Of a stretch of DNA of 64,000 nucleotides, positions 29,490 to 38,619 are shown piece by piece. This DNA is from an uncultured virus (IMG/VR IMGVR_UViG_3300027751_000013). Lineage: Duplodnaviria > Heunggongvirae > Uroviricota > Caudoviricetes. How positions within the stretch are numbered: position 1 is the first letter of the stretch; every line of letters starts with the position of its first letter. A program made the translations under genes and the position numbers. The stretch lies in IMG/VR virus record IMGVR_UViG_3300027751_000013. The stretch is one strand, 5' to 3'. Under the pieces are notes generated by a model. It saw only the letters and a list, made by a program, of their open reading frames with translations, had not been told where the DNA came from and made no database searches.

Positions 29490-29783
29490 GTGAAGTTACA
29501 TTTCGAAAATACACACGAGTTTGAAGTCCTATTCAAAAATAAATCAATAGAAGTTACAAATGCTATCTACTTAGGTATTGAAAAAGCAATGCAGGATGGT
29601 AAAAAGACTGCTATGTTATTTGAGATTACTTTCGAAGAAGCAGAAAGAGCATTTGAAATATCTCTTCCCCGATCTCAATGGGTACAGGCATTAGAGTCCT
29701 GTCTTAAACATTTTCACGAACTTGAAATGTCAAATGAAGCAATAGATTGCTGGAAACTATTAGAAGCAGCAAAAGTCTGGTAA
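29490..29783 (+). CDS. Hypothetical protein
   Basis: 97-aa ORF, GTG start. Confidence 0.65.
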   Translation: MKLHFENTHEFEVLFKNKSIEVTNAIYLGIEKAMQDGKKTAMLFEITFEEAERAFEISLPRSQWVQALESCLKHFHELEMSNEAIDCWKLLEAAKVW

Positions 29784-29800
29784 AAATAAAAAGTAAAGTT

Positions 29801-30061
29801 ATGCCAATAAAAAAAGTATCAGTTACAAAGACATCACAGTATTATGTAGATGGGGAAGGTACAGTAGATAGAGATCGAATAGTTACTCTATCTCATGATT
29901 GGACTGAAAGAGACATAACCCTCTTTAAGAAACTAGCCAAACAAGGCGGTACCTGTAGACTTCAGGGGCTTAAGTATACAATCATACCAGGAGAAAAAAT
30001 AACAACATCCAAAGGATGGGCGGATGCTGGAGCAGCTCCAATGCCTGGACCAGAAAATTAA
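29801..30061 (+). CDS. Hypothetical protein (start revised)
   Basis: AAAGTTATG start at 29801. Confidence 0.6.
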   Translation: MPIKKVSVTKTSQYYVDGEGTVDRDRIVTLSHDWTERDITLFKKLAKQGGTCRLQGLKYTIIPGEKITTSKGWADAGAAPMPGPEN

Positions 30062-30066
30062 TAGTT

Positions 30067-30315
30067 ATGAAAGAACAAGACTTAATTGATCTAGGATTTA
30101 TAAAGAATGATGTATCAGCAGAAGAATCAGGAGATATTTCATTCTACTACTATACTTATGATATTACAGATGAGTTGTGTTTGATATCAAGTGATGATGG
30201 AGAGGCTAAAAAAGATGGATGGTCTGTAGAGATGTTTGATTACGATGGTATTAAGTTTACTAATGTAGAAGACTTAAAAACTCTTATTGATGTTATAGAA
30301 AGGAATAAGTTATGA
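30067..30315 (+). CDS. Hypothetical protein (start revised)
   Basis: AGTTATG start; MKEQDLIDLGF. Confidence 0.65.
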   Translation: MKEQDLIDLGFIKNDVSAEESGDISFYYYTYDITDELCLISSDDGEAKKDGWSVEMFDYDGIKFTNVEDLKTLIDVIERNKL

Positions 30316-30959
30316 AAAATAGGTTCGAACTAAAAGATACCCGAACATTTGGACAAAAGGTAAAATCCTTTCTTCAATCACTTTTATTTTGGAAAGGTAG
30401 AAAGAAAGGAATGATTCACACTCGTAATTTAGAGTGGGGTGATTTTCGTTATATCTTTTTTCCTAAAAAGTTAGAAAAGTTTGGGTATTTAGGAATCACA
30501 TTCTACAAAGAAGATAGTCCTTACTTTAAAGCAATCTATCCATTAGTTCTTGCAATGGATTATGAAGCAAAACCAAAATGGTGTCCAAGATGGTTTCTTC
30601 GTTTTCTTCATGTCTTCGGTGATGATAAAAGTTTGGTAAGAGTTAGAAACCATAAGTTGAGTAATCTACATAGAAGATTAACCAAAGGAATTCAGTTCTG
30701 GGATTGGAAAACAAAATGGACTGATTATGACCTTCGTATTTCCATAAGTGGACCAGAACATCTACAAAATCTTGCTGATAATATAGAACGAGGGTATTAT
30801 AGTAGAGGTAGACAAAAAGAGTTGGTAGAACAGATTAAAAAATTTGACCCGAGTGCAGGTATTATTTGGGGTAGTGTTAGTAGGTTAGAAGAACAACTTG
30901 AAGAACTAGAAAATAAAGAAGATGAAAGCAATACTAGAATTTCAACTCCCGGAAGATAA
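30312..30959 (+). CDS. Hypothetical protein
   Basis: 215-aa coupled ORF. Confidence 0.7.
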   Translation: MKNRFELKDTRTFGQKVKSFLQSLLFWKGRKKGMIHTRNLEWGDFRYIFFPKKLEKFGYLGITFYKEDSPYFKAIYPLVLAMDYEAKPKWCPRWFLRFLHVFGDDKSLVRVRNHKLSNLHRRLTKGIQFWDWKTKWTDYDLRISISGPEHLQNLADNIERGYYSRGRQKELVEQIKKFDPSAGIIWGSVSRLEEQLEELENKEDESNTRISTPGR

Positions 30960-31155
30960 ACAAGATTTTGATTTCGCAACTCAAGGTTCGGATTGGTGGA
31001 ATGTTTGTTGGGAAATGGACCAATGGCTCAGAGGAGAAATGAAACATCCAGCTGGCGATATGAGCGATGATACTTACGAGGCATTACAAAAATGTAGAGA
31101 GAAACTAAGAGAACTGATTGACGATAGTAACCTTAATTTAGATAACGTATTATGA
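30922..31155 (+). CDS. Hypothetical protein
   Basis: MKAILEFQLPED-type small phage protein. Confidence 0.65.
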   Translation: MKAILEFQLPEDKQDFDFATQGSDWWNVCWEMDQWLRGEMKHPAGDMSDDTYEALQKCREKLRELIDDSNLNLDNVL

Positions 31156-31481
31156 GTAAAGTAGAACAAAGAAAGATACTAATTGATATAATGAAAGCAG
31201 ACGAAGCTTCTGGTCTATATGAAGAGTTAAATTGGAAGCTTGTTAGAGAAAGAGATGGACTTACTAAAGAATCAGAAAAGGTTCTATGGATTGAATTTAA
31301 TGAAGATGGTAGATTTAAAGAGAAGTTTGATGAGGTAGCAGTAGGAAGATCTCTTCTTATGTCTCCATTCAATCAGTTCTTTACATGGCAGACTACTTCT
31401 ATAACAGAGATAGTAGAGCAGAAAGAGGATTACATTAAATTCAAAACACAAAATTCAAACTACGAATTATTTAAGTTATGA
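31152..31481 (+). CDS. Hypothetical protein
   Basis: WQTTSITEI...FKTQNSNY motif. Confidence 0.7.
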   Translation: MSKVEQRKILIDIMKADEASGLYEELNWKLVRERDGLTKESEKVLWIEFNEDGRFKEKFDEVAVGRSLLMSPFNQFFTWQTTSITEIVEQKEDYIKFKTQNSNYELFKL

Positions 31482-31891
31482 AAGCATATAAAATGACAAA
31501 CCGATATGGAGATAAATTTACATTTACTCCTCAAGAAGACGGAACCATATTATGGGAAGGTAATTTTGAATATTGTAGATTTGGTTGGCCTAATGACTAC
31601 ACAAAAGCCTTCTTTGAATATACAAGAGATACCGGAGGAGGTATTTCATTAGAACAGTTTAGAGAATTAGTTCACGCTTATGATGAGGTAAAAGAATCAT
31701 ATGTATTAGAAGACAATAAATATAGAGAACTTGTTACATCTAATAAAGCTATTATTAATATGGTAGATCCATCTGGCGGACCATACTTAACTTCCGGAAT
31801 GGCAGTAGAAAGTATATCTAAAGAATTAACTGATATGGAAATAGAGAGATTTGAATCGGTTAAAGAGGGTTGGAAAATATATTTAAGATAG
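31478..31891 (+). CDS. Hypothetical protein
   Basis: NRYGD...VDPSGGPYL motif. Confidence 0.7.
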   Translation: MKAYKMTNRYGDKFTFTPQEDGTILWEGNFEYCRFGWPNDYTKAFFEYTRDTGGGISLEQFRELVHAYDEVKESYVLEDNKYRELVTSNKAIINMVDPSGGPYLTSGMAVESISKELTDMEIERFESVKEGWKIYLR

Positions 31892-31954
31892 TTGTTTATT
31901 TGAATTATTCTTCTTATATTAAGGTATAATTAAAAAATGATAATAAAGGTTATG
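31890..31954 (+). promoter_or_regulatory. Early promoter/leader cassette AGT(T/A)G-N20-TAT(A/C)TT(A/T)A...AAAGGTTATG (representative copy)
   Basis: Copies start at 6949, 10363, 12561, 25904, 28142, 31890, 38365, 41941, 42385, 43864, 45991, 46782, 47061, 47566, 47971, 49301, 49650, 50211, 50778, 51367, 51662, 51898, 52356, 54073, 55970, 56634; spacer is 20 nt in every copy counted from 31890 onward. Confidence 0.9.
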
Positions 31955-33169
31955 AAAAAAATTATTTTAAGTCTAAGCATTCTTTTTATAGTTAGCTGTA
32001 CAAAAGATTCATTTACAGATACTGAACTTGAAAAAGTAATTGACACAGTACCTATCGCAGATAACCCATTTAGTGTAACCTATACACCCGATTATACGAA
32101 ACCTTCTTACTATACCAGATTGCCATTTCCAGAAAATGTAAAAAATGGTACATATAGAGAGTTTAGCAATTGGCACCCTCCTCTAGAAGCTGTAGTTTTA
32201 GACTACGATAAAGATGGTTACTTAGACATTATAGACAATCAATCAGACTACGGGGTATTTAGAAGAAACAGTATACTATTTCTAAAAGGTAATTCTTCTG
32301 GTAAGTTAGATATTGATAGGGAGAACTCATATAAACATACTGGTCTCATTCATGGGCGGAAAGGTCTTGTAGGTGATTACAATGGAGATGGATGGCCAGA
32401 TGTATTTTTTATTGGACATGGATACGATGTAGTAGACGGAAATCCAAGAGATGAATACCCCATAATGCTCCTTAATAATCAGGGGAAAGATTTTGAATAT
32501 AGAGCTTTTGAATCAGTAGTTGGTTTTTTTCATACGGGTGCTAGTGGAGATATAGATAACGATGGAGATTTAGATATACTAGTAATTGACGGTACTAAAG
32601 GAGTTAGTAATTCTTATATCTTTATCAACGACGGAAGTGGTAACTTTGAAAAGAAAACTTTAGATCAATATTCGTCTATACCTAATAATCTCTATGATTC
32701 ATTTTTCCAAAAATGGACTGTGGAACTAAAAGATATAGACAACAACGGGTACTTAGATATTATAATAGCTGGTGCACCGGATATGTATGATAGTACACCG
32801 CCTACTATAATGTTGAATTCTGCAAATGGATTTACCAGTAAAATTGAACTACCAAGAGAACCTGTATATAAATTAGTTGTAGATATAGACTTTTATGATT
32901 TTGATGGTGACGGGATAGATGAGTTAATACTAAACAGAACACCTTTAAATTATATATCTTATAAAGTTACTATTCATAGTTTAACTAGTGACGAGTACTT
33001 AACCACTACCTACTTCAATAACAGTGAGTATACAGGTCAGACTTCAGATAAATGGATGTATTGGATTTCTATCATTGAAAAAGATGGGGAACTATATTTA
33101 AAGGGAGACGATATGTATACTCCACATGAATGGATTTTTGAAGATGGAAAGTTTAAAAAAATAAAATAA
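31952..33169 (+). CDS. FG-GAP/VCBS-repeat lipoprotein (start revised to ATG 31952)
   Basis: Lipobox IVSC; repeats DYDKDGYLDI, GDYNGDGWPDV, GDIDNDGDLDI, DIDNNGYLDI, DFDGDGIDEL. Confidence 0.9.
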   Translation: MKKIILSLSILFIVSCTKDSFTDTELEKVIDTVPIADNPFSVTYTPDYTKPSYYTRLPFPENVKNGTYREFSNWHPPLEAVVLDYDKDGYLDIIDNQSDYGVFRRNSILFLKGNSSGKLDIDRENSYKHTGLIHGRKGLVGDYNGDGWPDVFFIGHGYDVVDGNPRDEYPIMLLNNQGKDFEYRAFESVVGFFHTGASGDIDNDGDLDILVIDGTKGVSNSYIFINDGSGNFEKKTLDQYSSIPNNLYDSFFQKWTVELKDIDNNGYLDIIIAGAPDMYDSTPPTIMLNSANGFTSKIELPREPVYKLVVDIDFYDFDGDGIDELILNRTPLNYISYKVTIHSLTSDEYLTTTYFNNSEYTGQTSDKWMYWISIIEKDGELYLKGDDMYTPHEWIFEDGKFKKIK

Positions 33170-33568
33170 ATGATAAAAGGAGTAATTGCCGGAAACTTTG
33201 ACGTAATGCATCCAGGCTACATAAAGATGTTTAAAGAAGCAGCAGCAAATTGCGACTGTTTAGTAGTCTTACTTCATACTGACCCTTCTATTGAACGCCC
33301 ACATAAGCTTAAACCTATTCTATCTATAGAAGAACGTAAAGAGATGTTGTTTGAATTAAAATCAATATGTGGCATACTTACGTATACTTATGAAGAACAG
33401 CTCTTAGACTTACTAAAAATGGGGGAGTTTGATGTAAGGTTCCTTGGAGATGATTATAAAGGTAAGCCTTTTACTGGAGACTATCTAAACATTCCTATTT
33501 ATTATTTGAATAGGGATCACGGGTGGTCTACTACAAAGTTTAAAAAAATGATAGCTAAAACTGTATGA
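33170..33568 (+). CDS. Cytidylyltransferase (TagD/RfaE-like)
   Basis: GNFDVMHPGY, LGDDY, HGWSTT. Confidence 0.9.
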   Translation: MIKGVIAGNFDVMHPGYIKMFKEAAANCDCLVVLLHTDPSIERPHKLKPILSIEERKEMLFELKSICGILTYTYEEQLLDLLKMGEFDVRFLGDDYKGKPFTGDYLNIPIYYLNRDHGWSTTKFKKMIAKTV

Positions 33569-33689
33569 TAATACAGGAAAAGATTTTAACCCCTCACCTA
33601 GCTACAGAAGTTACTTCCGGAAAACGTTTAGTACTCGTATAATGTTCTTAAGACAAGAAAACTTACAAATTAAAAGTGGATTAATTTGA
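33565..33689 (+). pseudogene. Internally deleted, frameshifted 2OG-Fe(II) oxygenase remnant
   Basis: MIIQEKILTP-HLATEVTSGKR, then in another frame MFLRQENLQIKSGLI*; aligns with both ends of 36120..36647. Confidence 0.7.
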
Positions 33690-33754
33690 ATCTTCTTATT
33701 AGATTACAAAACATACCTATATTTATATTAAATAAAGCTTTATAACTTATAATC

Positions 33755-35959
33755 ATGAAAGGAACCCTTTTTTCAACAGATTTTGTTAAAGACTCTAATG
33801 GAAACTTAAGATTGCTTGAAATCAATACAGATACTGCTATTGTTTCTTCTGCAATCAAACAATTAGACTTTACAGGATTTAAACAAGTATTAGAAAGTAA
33901 TTCTATTACAAAAGTAAAGACAATCCATAAACTATATCAAGAAGATATCGTAGAAGCATTAAAAGCATACTTAGATGCAAATGTACCTTCAGTAAACTCT
34001 TTTGAAAGTATAGTTGAAGATAGCAACACTATTTATCCTACATCTGTAGAAGATGCAGCAGATACCTTTATCTTAAGGTTAGCTTATGATGAAGCTGCAT
34101 TATTAGATAGTGAATATGCTAAAAACACACACAATATTCTAAAACTATTCAGCGACAATGGGCAAATTAGTTCAACAGTTGGGTATTATTATGCTGGAGG
34201 CGGTAGTATAGAAGACCACCTTACAAGAGATTTTAATGCTGAAAACGTTCCTGATATTTTAGTTAAAAACTTGAACACTACTTTAGGAGAGCCGATTGAG
34301 TTCTTTAAAATAGGTCAATCAAGTAAGACAGCTGAAGATAGATTTGCTGATGTATTCGATATGTTAGATGATACTAAAATTGCTATGAACTTCTACAACG
34401 ATGAAGCAGCAGCAAAAGTAGAATCTTTTAGAACATTACACATAGTATACGGAAGCGACCTAAACGTTATCGATGTAGCAGGATTTAAATCTTCAGCTAT
34501 ATTAGATAAACCAGCTTCTCTATCAGTAGTAGATGAAGATATAGTAACGAAAGTAGATGTAAAGCACTACCATGAATTAACTACTACATTACCTAGATTT
34601 GGAGTAGGTTCTAACTACGGAGGTATCTTTGAAGAAGAGTTTATTGTAAAAGCAGACGGTACGTTAGTACCTATTAAAGACGCTACAGTAGGAGATTCCT
34701 TTAAATCATACTTTATTTCAGGTTCACCCGATACAGACATTGAATCAGAATATCTAGCATGGACTTACCCAGGATCTGAATTACCTAGTGGTTCTTACGC
34801 TACAACTTCTACTTTAGTAAACAACTTAGAAGTAGGTTTATTCTATAATATGATCTTCCACGTAACTTTACAAGACGGAAGTGATTTTAGAGCAACAGGA
34901 AACTCTCACGTATTAGTTTACGATGTACAGGCAGACTTATTAAAGTATGTTGCAGTAAACTATCTATCATCAGATAAACATAAATTAATATCTGCAGGAA
35001 ATGGATTAGTAGATATTACAGGAGTTGTTTGTGAGATATTAGATGGGGAGTATTCTTCTCATATTCTAGATATGGAAATAGCCGATACATTCTTCATCGG
35101 TGATGGACAATTAAGCGTTAAGATTGTTGCCCACAACTGCTTCCCAGCTGGTACTAAAATTACAATGGCTGATGGTTCAGTCAAAAACATTGAAGACGTT
35201 AAGGCAGGAGATAAACTATTAACTATCAACGAAAATACTTTAGAACAATCAGAAGGTAGAGTTGGAGATGTATTAGTTAAGAAAGATAGATTGTTATTCG
35301 AATTCAAATTAGAAGACGGAGGAGTAATCAAATCTACATCTCATCACAGATATTTCGTAAAAGAAAAGTCATGGTTAACTGCTCAAGATATTCAAGTAGG
35401 AGACGTATTAGTTAGATCAAACGGAGATGATGTCAAAGTAGAATCAATTGAACAGCACGAAGGTGAGTTTGAAGTATTCCATATTATTGATGTAAAAGAT
35501 AACCATACTTACTACGCAGAAGATATTTTAGTTCATAACTATAAAGCTTGTTTCATCGCTGGAACAGAGATTACTTTAGCGAATGGAGATGTTAAAAATA
35601 TCGAAGATGTAGCAGTAGGAGAAGAAGTTCTTACTTACAACGAAGATAAAAAAGAAACAGAAGCAGGAGTAGTAGGAGACTTGAAGAAACATGAAGTTCA
35701 ATCTGTAATCAGATTAACTCTTGATAATGAGAATGTAATCGTAACAACTGAAGAACATCCTTTCTATGTAGTAGATGCAGGATGGGTAAAAGCAGGAGAA
35801 TTACAACCATTAGATGTTTGTTTAAAAGAAGACGGTAAAGAATCTCTAATCTCTTCAGTAGAGGTATTAGAAGAGAAACATGAAGTATTTAACTTACTAA
35901 GCGTTTCTGAAAACCATAACTTCTTCGCTAACGGAATATTAGTTCACAATAAAAAATAA
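33755..35959 (+). CDS. Circularly permuted ATP-grasp-like ligase fused to three tandem Hint (BIL/PT-HINT-like) domains
   Basis: DFVKDSNGNLRLLEINTDT resembles the glutathionylspermidine synthase DF..D....KLLE.NADT motif; Hint1 G290-N461, Hint2 C462-N595, YKA, Hint3 C599-N732, KK. Confidence 0.85.
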   Translation: MKGTLFSTDFVKDSNGNLRLLEINTDTAIVSSAIKQLDFTGFKQVLESNSITKVKTIHKLYQEDIVEALKAYLDANVPSVNSFESIVEDSNTIYPTSVEDAADTFILRLAYDEAALLDSEYAKNTHNILKLFSDNGQISSTVGYYYAGGGSIEDHLTRDFNAENVPDILVKNLNTTLGEPIEFFKIGQSSKTAEDRFADVFDMLDDTKIAMNFYNDEAAAKVESFRTLHIVYGSDLNVIDVAGFKSSAILDKPASLSVVDEDIVTKVDVKHYHELTTTLPRFGVGSNYGGIFEEEFIVKADGTLVPIKDATVGDSFKSYFISGSPDTDIESEYLAWTYPGSELPSGSYATTSTLVNNLEVGLFYNMIFHVTLQDGSDFRATGNSHVLVYDVQADLLKYVAVNYLSSDKHKLISAGNGLVDITGVVCEILDGEYSSHILDMEIADTFFIGDGQLSVKIVAHNCFPAGTKITMADGSVKNIEDVKAGDKLLTINENTLEQSEGRVGDVLVKKDRLLFEFKLEDGGVIKSTSHHRYFVKEKSWLTAQDIQVGDVLVRSNGDDVKVESIEQHEGEFEVFHIIDVKDNHTYYAEDILVHNYKACFIAGTEITLANGDVKNIEDVAVGEEVLTYNEDKKETEAGVVGDLKKHEVQSVIRLTLDNENVIVTTEEHPFYVVDAGWVKAGELQPLDVCLKEDGKESLISSVEVLEEKHEVFNLLSVSENHNFFANGILVHNKK

Positions 35960-35964
35960 GAATC

Positions 35965-36105
35965 ATGCCAGTAGTATATAAATCATTTGATTACCAAACA
36001 GAAGCAAGAGACAAAGCAGTAGAAGCAGCAGATGTAACTACAAAACAGCAAATGAATGACATCGTTGCAAGCTTTGTAAATTTATTTAAAGCTAAACACC
36101 TATAG
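35965..36105 (+). CDS. 46-aa protein directly after the Hint gene (not in track)
   Basis: MPVVYKSFDYQTEARDKAVEAADVTTKQQMNDIVASFVNLFKAKHL; same AATCATG start context as the Hint gene. Confidence 0.75.
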   Translation: MPVVYKSFDYQTEARDKAVEAADVTTKQQMNDIVASFVNLFKAKHL

Positions 36106-36119
36106 TATACAGCTTTAAA

Positions 36120-36647
36120 ATGGTTACTGAAAAAACGTTATTCTCACAACAAGATTGCGAATACATTAAATCATTTTATGATGTAGCAATTGAGAAGAAC
36201 GAAAAAGGTTTCAAAATAAACTCAGACAAATACCCACAAGGTATAGCAATAAAAGACGGTTCAGCAGTATCATGGAATGAAATCCAAAACGATACTCTGG
36301 ACCGTTTCTTGTTAAGTAAGCTTATAGAGTTAGAAATAACTTCACTCCCTTATCTTAAGCTAATGAAGTACGGAGTCGGAAATGAAATGAAACCTCATAG
36401 AGATTTTCAGGCATATGATACAAGTACAATCTATAGATCAACAACAATACAGCTAACCAGTCCGGAAGATTATAAAGGAGGAGAGTTATATGTAGAAGGA
36501 GTAAAAGCTAGTAATATACAAGGAACTGCAATTATGTTTAACCCCTATCAAACACATTGGGTTACAGAGATTACTGAAGGAGAAAGATGGGTTATAGTAG
36601 CTTTTTTAGAAGAGTTTCATTTTAATACTAAGAAAAGTTTATTATGA
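36120..36647 (+). CDS. 2OG-Fe(II) oxygenase (prolyl-hydroxylase-like)
   Basis: PHRD, YKGGEL, THWVTEITEGER. Confidence 0.92.
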   Translation: MVTEKTLFSQQDCEYIKSFYDVAIEKNEKGFKINSDKYPQGIAIKDGSAVSWNEIQNDTLDRFLLSKLIELEITSLPYLKLMKYGVGNEMKPHRDFQAYDTSTIYRSTTIQLTSPEDYKGGELYVEGVKASNIQGTAIMFNPYQTHWVTEITEGERWVIVAFLEEFHFNTKKSLL

Positions 36648-37153
36648 TTGATCAAAAAGTATTATTTACAGCAGAAGAATGTGAGTGGTTGAAATCCGCA
36701 CAATCAACTATATACCCACCAGTAGAAGATACTAAATGGTGGGAGTCACATCGTATAAATTATAGATTTAAAAATATACAAGAAAGAGAAGTATTTGAAC
36801 AGTCACGTTTAGATTTTGTTGCTAGTAGAGTTAAACAATTAGGAGTGAAATCTGTTCCTACATATAAAATTATACATTACGGTAAAGGTGGATTCTTCGC
36901 CCCTCACATAGATTCAGGGAGAAACCATCCAATTAGAAGAAAAACATTATTAGTGCAGCTATCCTCTAAAGAAGATTATTCTGGAGGTGATATGTATGTT
37001 AAGGGTGTACTTTTTGAAAAGACAATAGGCAATACAATATTATTTGATTCGTCATTAACTCATGAACTAAAATTAATAGAAGGAGGAAATAGATTAGTTA
37101 TGGTCACATGGTTATCTATTTATAACCTTGAGAATCCTAAAACTTTACTATGA
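36644..37153 (+). CDS. 2OG-Fe(II) oxygenase
   Basis: FAPHID, YSGGDM, THELKLIEGGNR. Confidence 0.92.
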   Translation: MIDQKVLFTAEECEWLKSAQSTIYPPVEDTKWWESHRINYRFKNIQEREVFEQSRLDFVASRVKQLGVKSVPTYKIIHYGKGGFFAPHIDSGRNHPIRRKTLLVQLSSKEDYSGGDMYVKGVLFEKTIGNTILFDSSLTHELKLIEGGNRLVMVTWLSIYNLENPKTLL

Positions 37154-37674
37154 TAACAGTTAAACATAACGTACTGTCGGATAGAGAGGTAAACAAGCTA
37201 CTCACTTTATGGTATGATACAAAACCTAACCATATTATAACAGACGGCTATAAGTATAATATTGAAGCAGTAGAGATTTTAGACTACATAGATAAATTAA
37301 AACTTTCGTATTCTTTTCCAAAAGAACACTATAGGGACTTTATACTACAGACAATAGATGAAACACATAGCAAAGCTCCTAATCATGACAAATATCACCG
37401 ACATGAAAATGAATGGACATATGTTATGTACTTAAATGATAACTATCAAGGAGGAGAAATAGAGTTTACTAATGGAACTATCATTAAACCACAAGTAGGA
37501 GATGTTATATACTTTTCACCTGAAGAAGGACATAGAGTTAAACCCCCATATGATTTTACCGAACAGTATTTTAAACACAACGGTAAGAGTATTCTTATGA
37601 ATAAAAGATGGTCACTTGTCGGATTCATGAATTCTGACATTATAAACGAGAATAAAAAAACATGCTTAATTTAA
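37150..37674 (+). CDS. 2OG-Fe(II) oxygenase-like protein (HxH variant)
   Basis: YHRHEN, YLNDNYQGGEIEF, HRV...KRWSL. Confidence 0.85.
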   Translation: MITVKHNVLSDREVNKLLTLWYDTKPNHIITDGYKYNIEAVEILDYIDKLKLSYSFPKEHYRDFILQTIDETHSKAPNHDKYHRHENEWTYVMYLNDNYQGGEIEFTNGTIIKPQVGDVIYFSPEEGHRVKPPYDFTEQYFKHNGKSILMNKRWSLVGFMNSDIINENKKTCLI

Positions 37675-38366
37675 TTTATACCTATTCAATCAAACTTAGC
37701 GGTAACAGTATAGAAAAATACGTTAAACTCCTAAATAAAGCATACCTACATAACAGTAAGTACCATTCTATAGTACTATATACCGATAGGGAGACATTAC
37801 CGTATGTAGAAGATATTTTTCCGGAGATAAGATTAGTAGAAATAGACAATCTTCAATTTATGGATGATATAAAAATGAAGATTATAGATAAACTTGAAAG
37901 CAATAGTATACTTACAGATTACGATATCTTTTTAAACTCACCTTTAATACTTCCAGACAATTTTGATGTGTATGTAGATAGAAGAGGTAAGGTAAAAGAG
38001 TTAGTACTGTACAGCCATTTGTTTGAACATTTAAGACATGAAGGTTATGGTATTTTTACTAAAGATGTAAATACCTATTTGAATGTAGGTATATTAAAAA
38101 TCAACAGTGAACATAAAATAAAAGCTATTAAAGACGCATATTACGCTTTAAGAAATTGGTATGTGGATAATAAAATAGAAGAAAGAACTCAATTTACATA
38201 CCATACAGGAGTATGCCCTTCTATAGCAGCTTTACAGTACAATTTAGATAAAATAGCTACTATAAGTAACTGGAAAGTATGTGAGATGAAAAAATACAAC
38301 AACTACCATCATTTAGTTGGAGAAGATAAATTTAAAGAAATAAGCACAAAAAATACTGTGATTTAG
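37662..38366 (+). CDS. DxD nucleotide-sugar-transferase-like protein
   Basis: IVLYTD, K...ILTDYDIFL, YLNVGIL, YHHLVG..K. Confidence 0.6.
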   Translation: MLNLIYTYSIKLSGNSIEKYVKLLNKAYLHNSKYHSIVLYTDRETLPYVEDIFPEIRLVEIDNLQFMDDIKMKIIDKLESNSILTDYDIFLNSPLILPDNFDVYVDRRGKVKELVLYSHLFEHLRHEGYGIFTKDVNTYLNVGILKINSEHKIKAIKDAYYALRNWYVDNKIEERTQFTYHTGVCPSIAALQYNLDKIATISNWKVCEMKKYNNYHHLVGEDKFKEISTKNTVI

Positions 38367-38426
38367 TTGTCAAAACAGTATATTTTTCATATATTTAGAT
38401 ATATTAATCTATTAAAGACAAATGTT

Positions 38427-38615
38427 ATGAACAAATTATTTTTTGTACCTTCAACCAAAATTAACGCAAGAATTGCCGACACTGTTGTTACAGGACAGCA
38501 TATTACAGTAGAAGGGTTAACTTACCAAATGGTATCAAAAAGACCACTTGGAAGAAGAGTACTAAGACGTCTAATTAACGAATCTACAAATACAAAAATT
38601 GTAATCTATTCATAA
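38427..38615 (+). CDS. Hypothetical protein (start revised)
   Basis: Behind promoter at 38365; TGTTATG start. Confidence 0.6.
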   Translation: MNKLFFVPSTKINARIADTVVTGQHITVEGLTYQMVSKRPLGRRVLRRLINESTNTKIVIYS

Positions 38616-38619
38616 CCAA

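Noticed and set aside
34622..35950. Canonical selfish inteins
   Set aside because: No endonuclease; +1 residues of Hint2 and Hint3 are Tyr and Lys; Hint1 lacks Cys1; no host protein would be reconstituted
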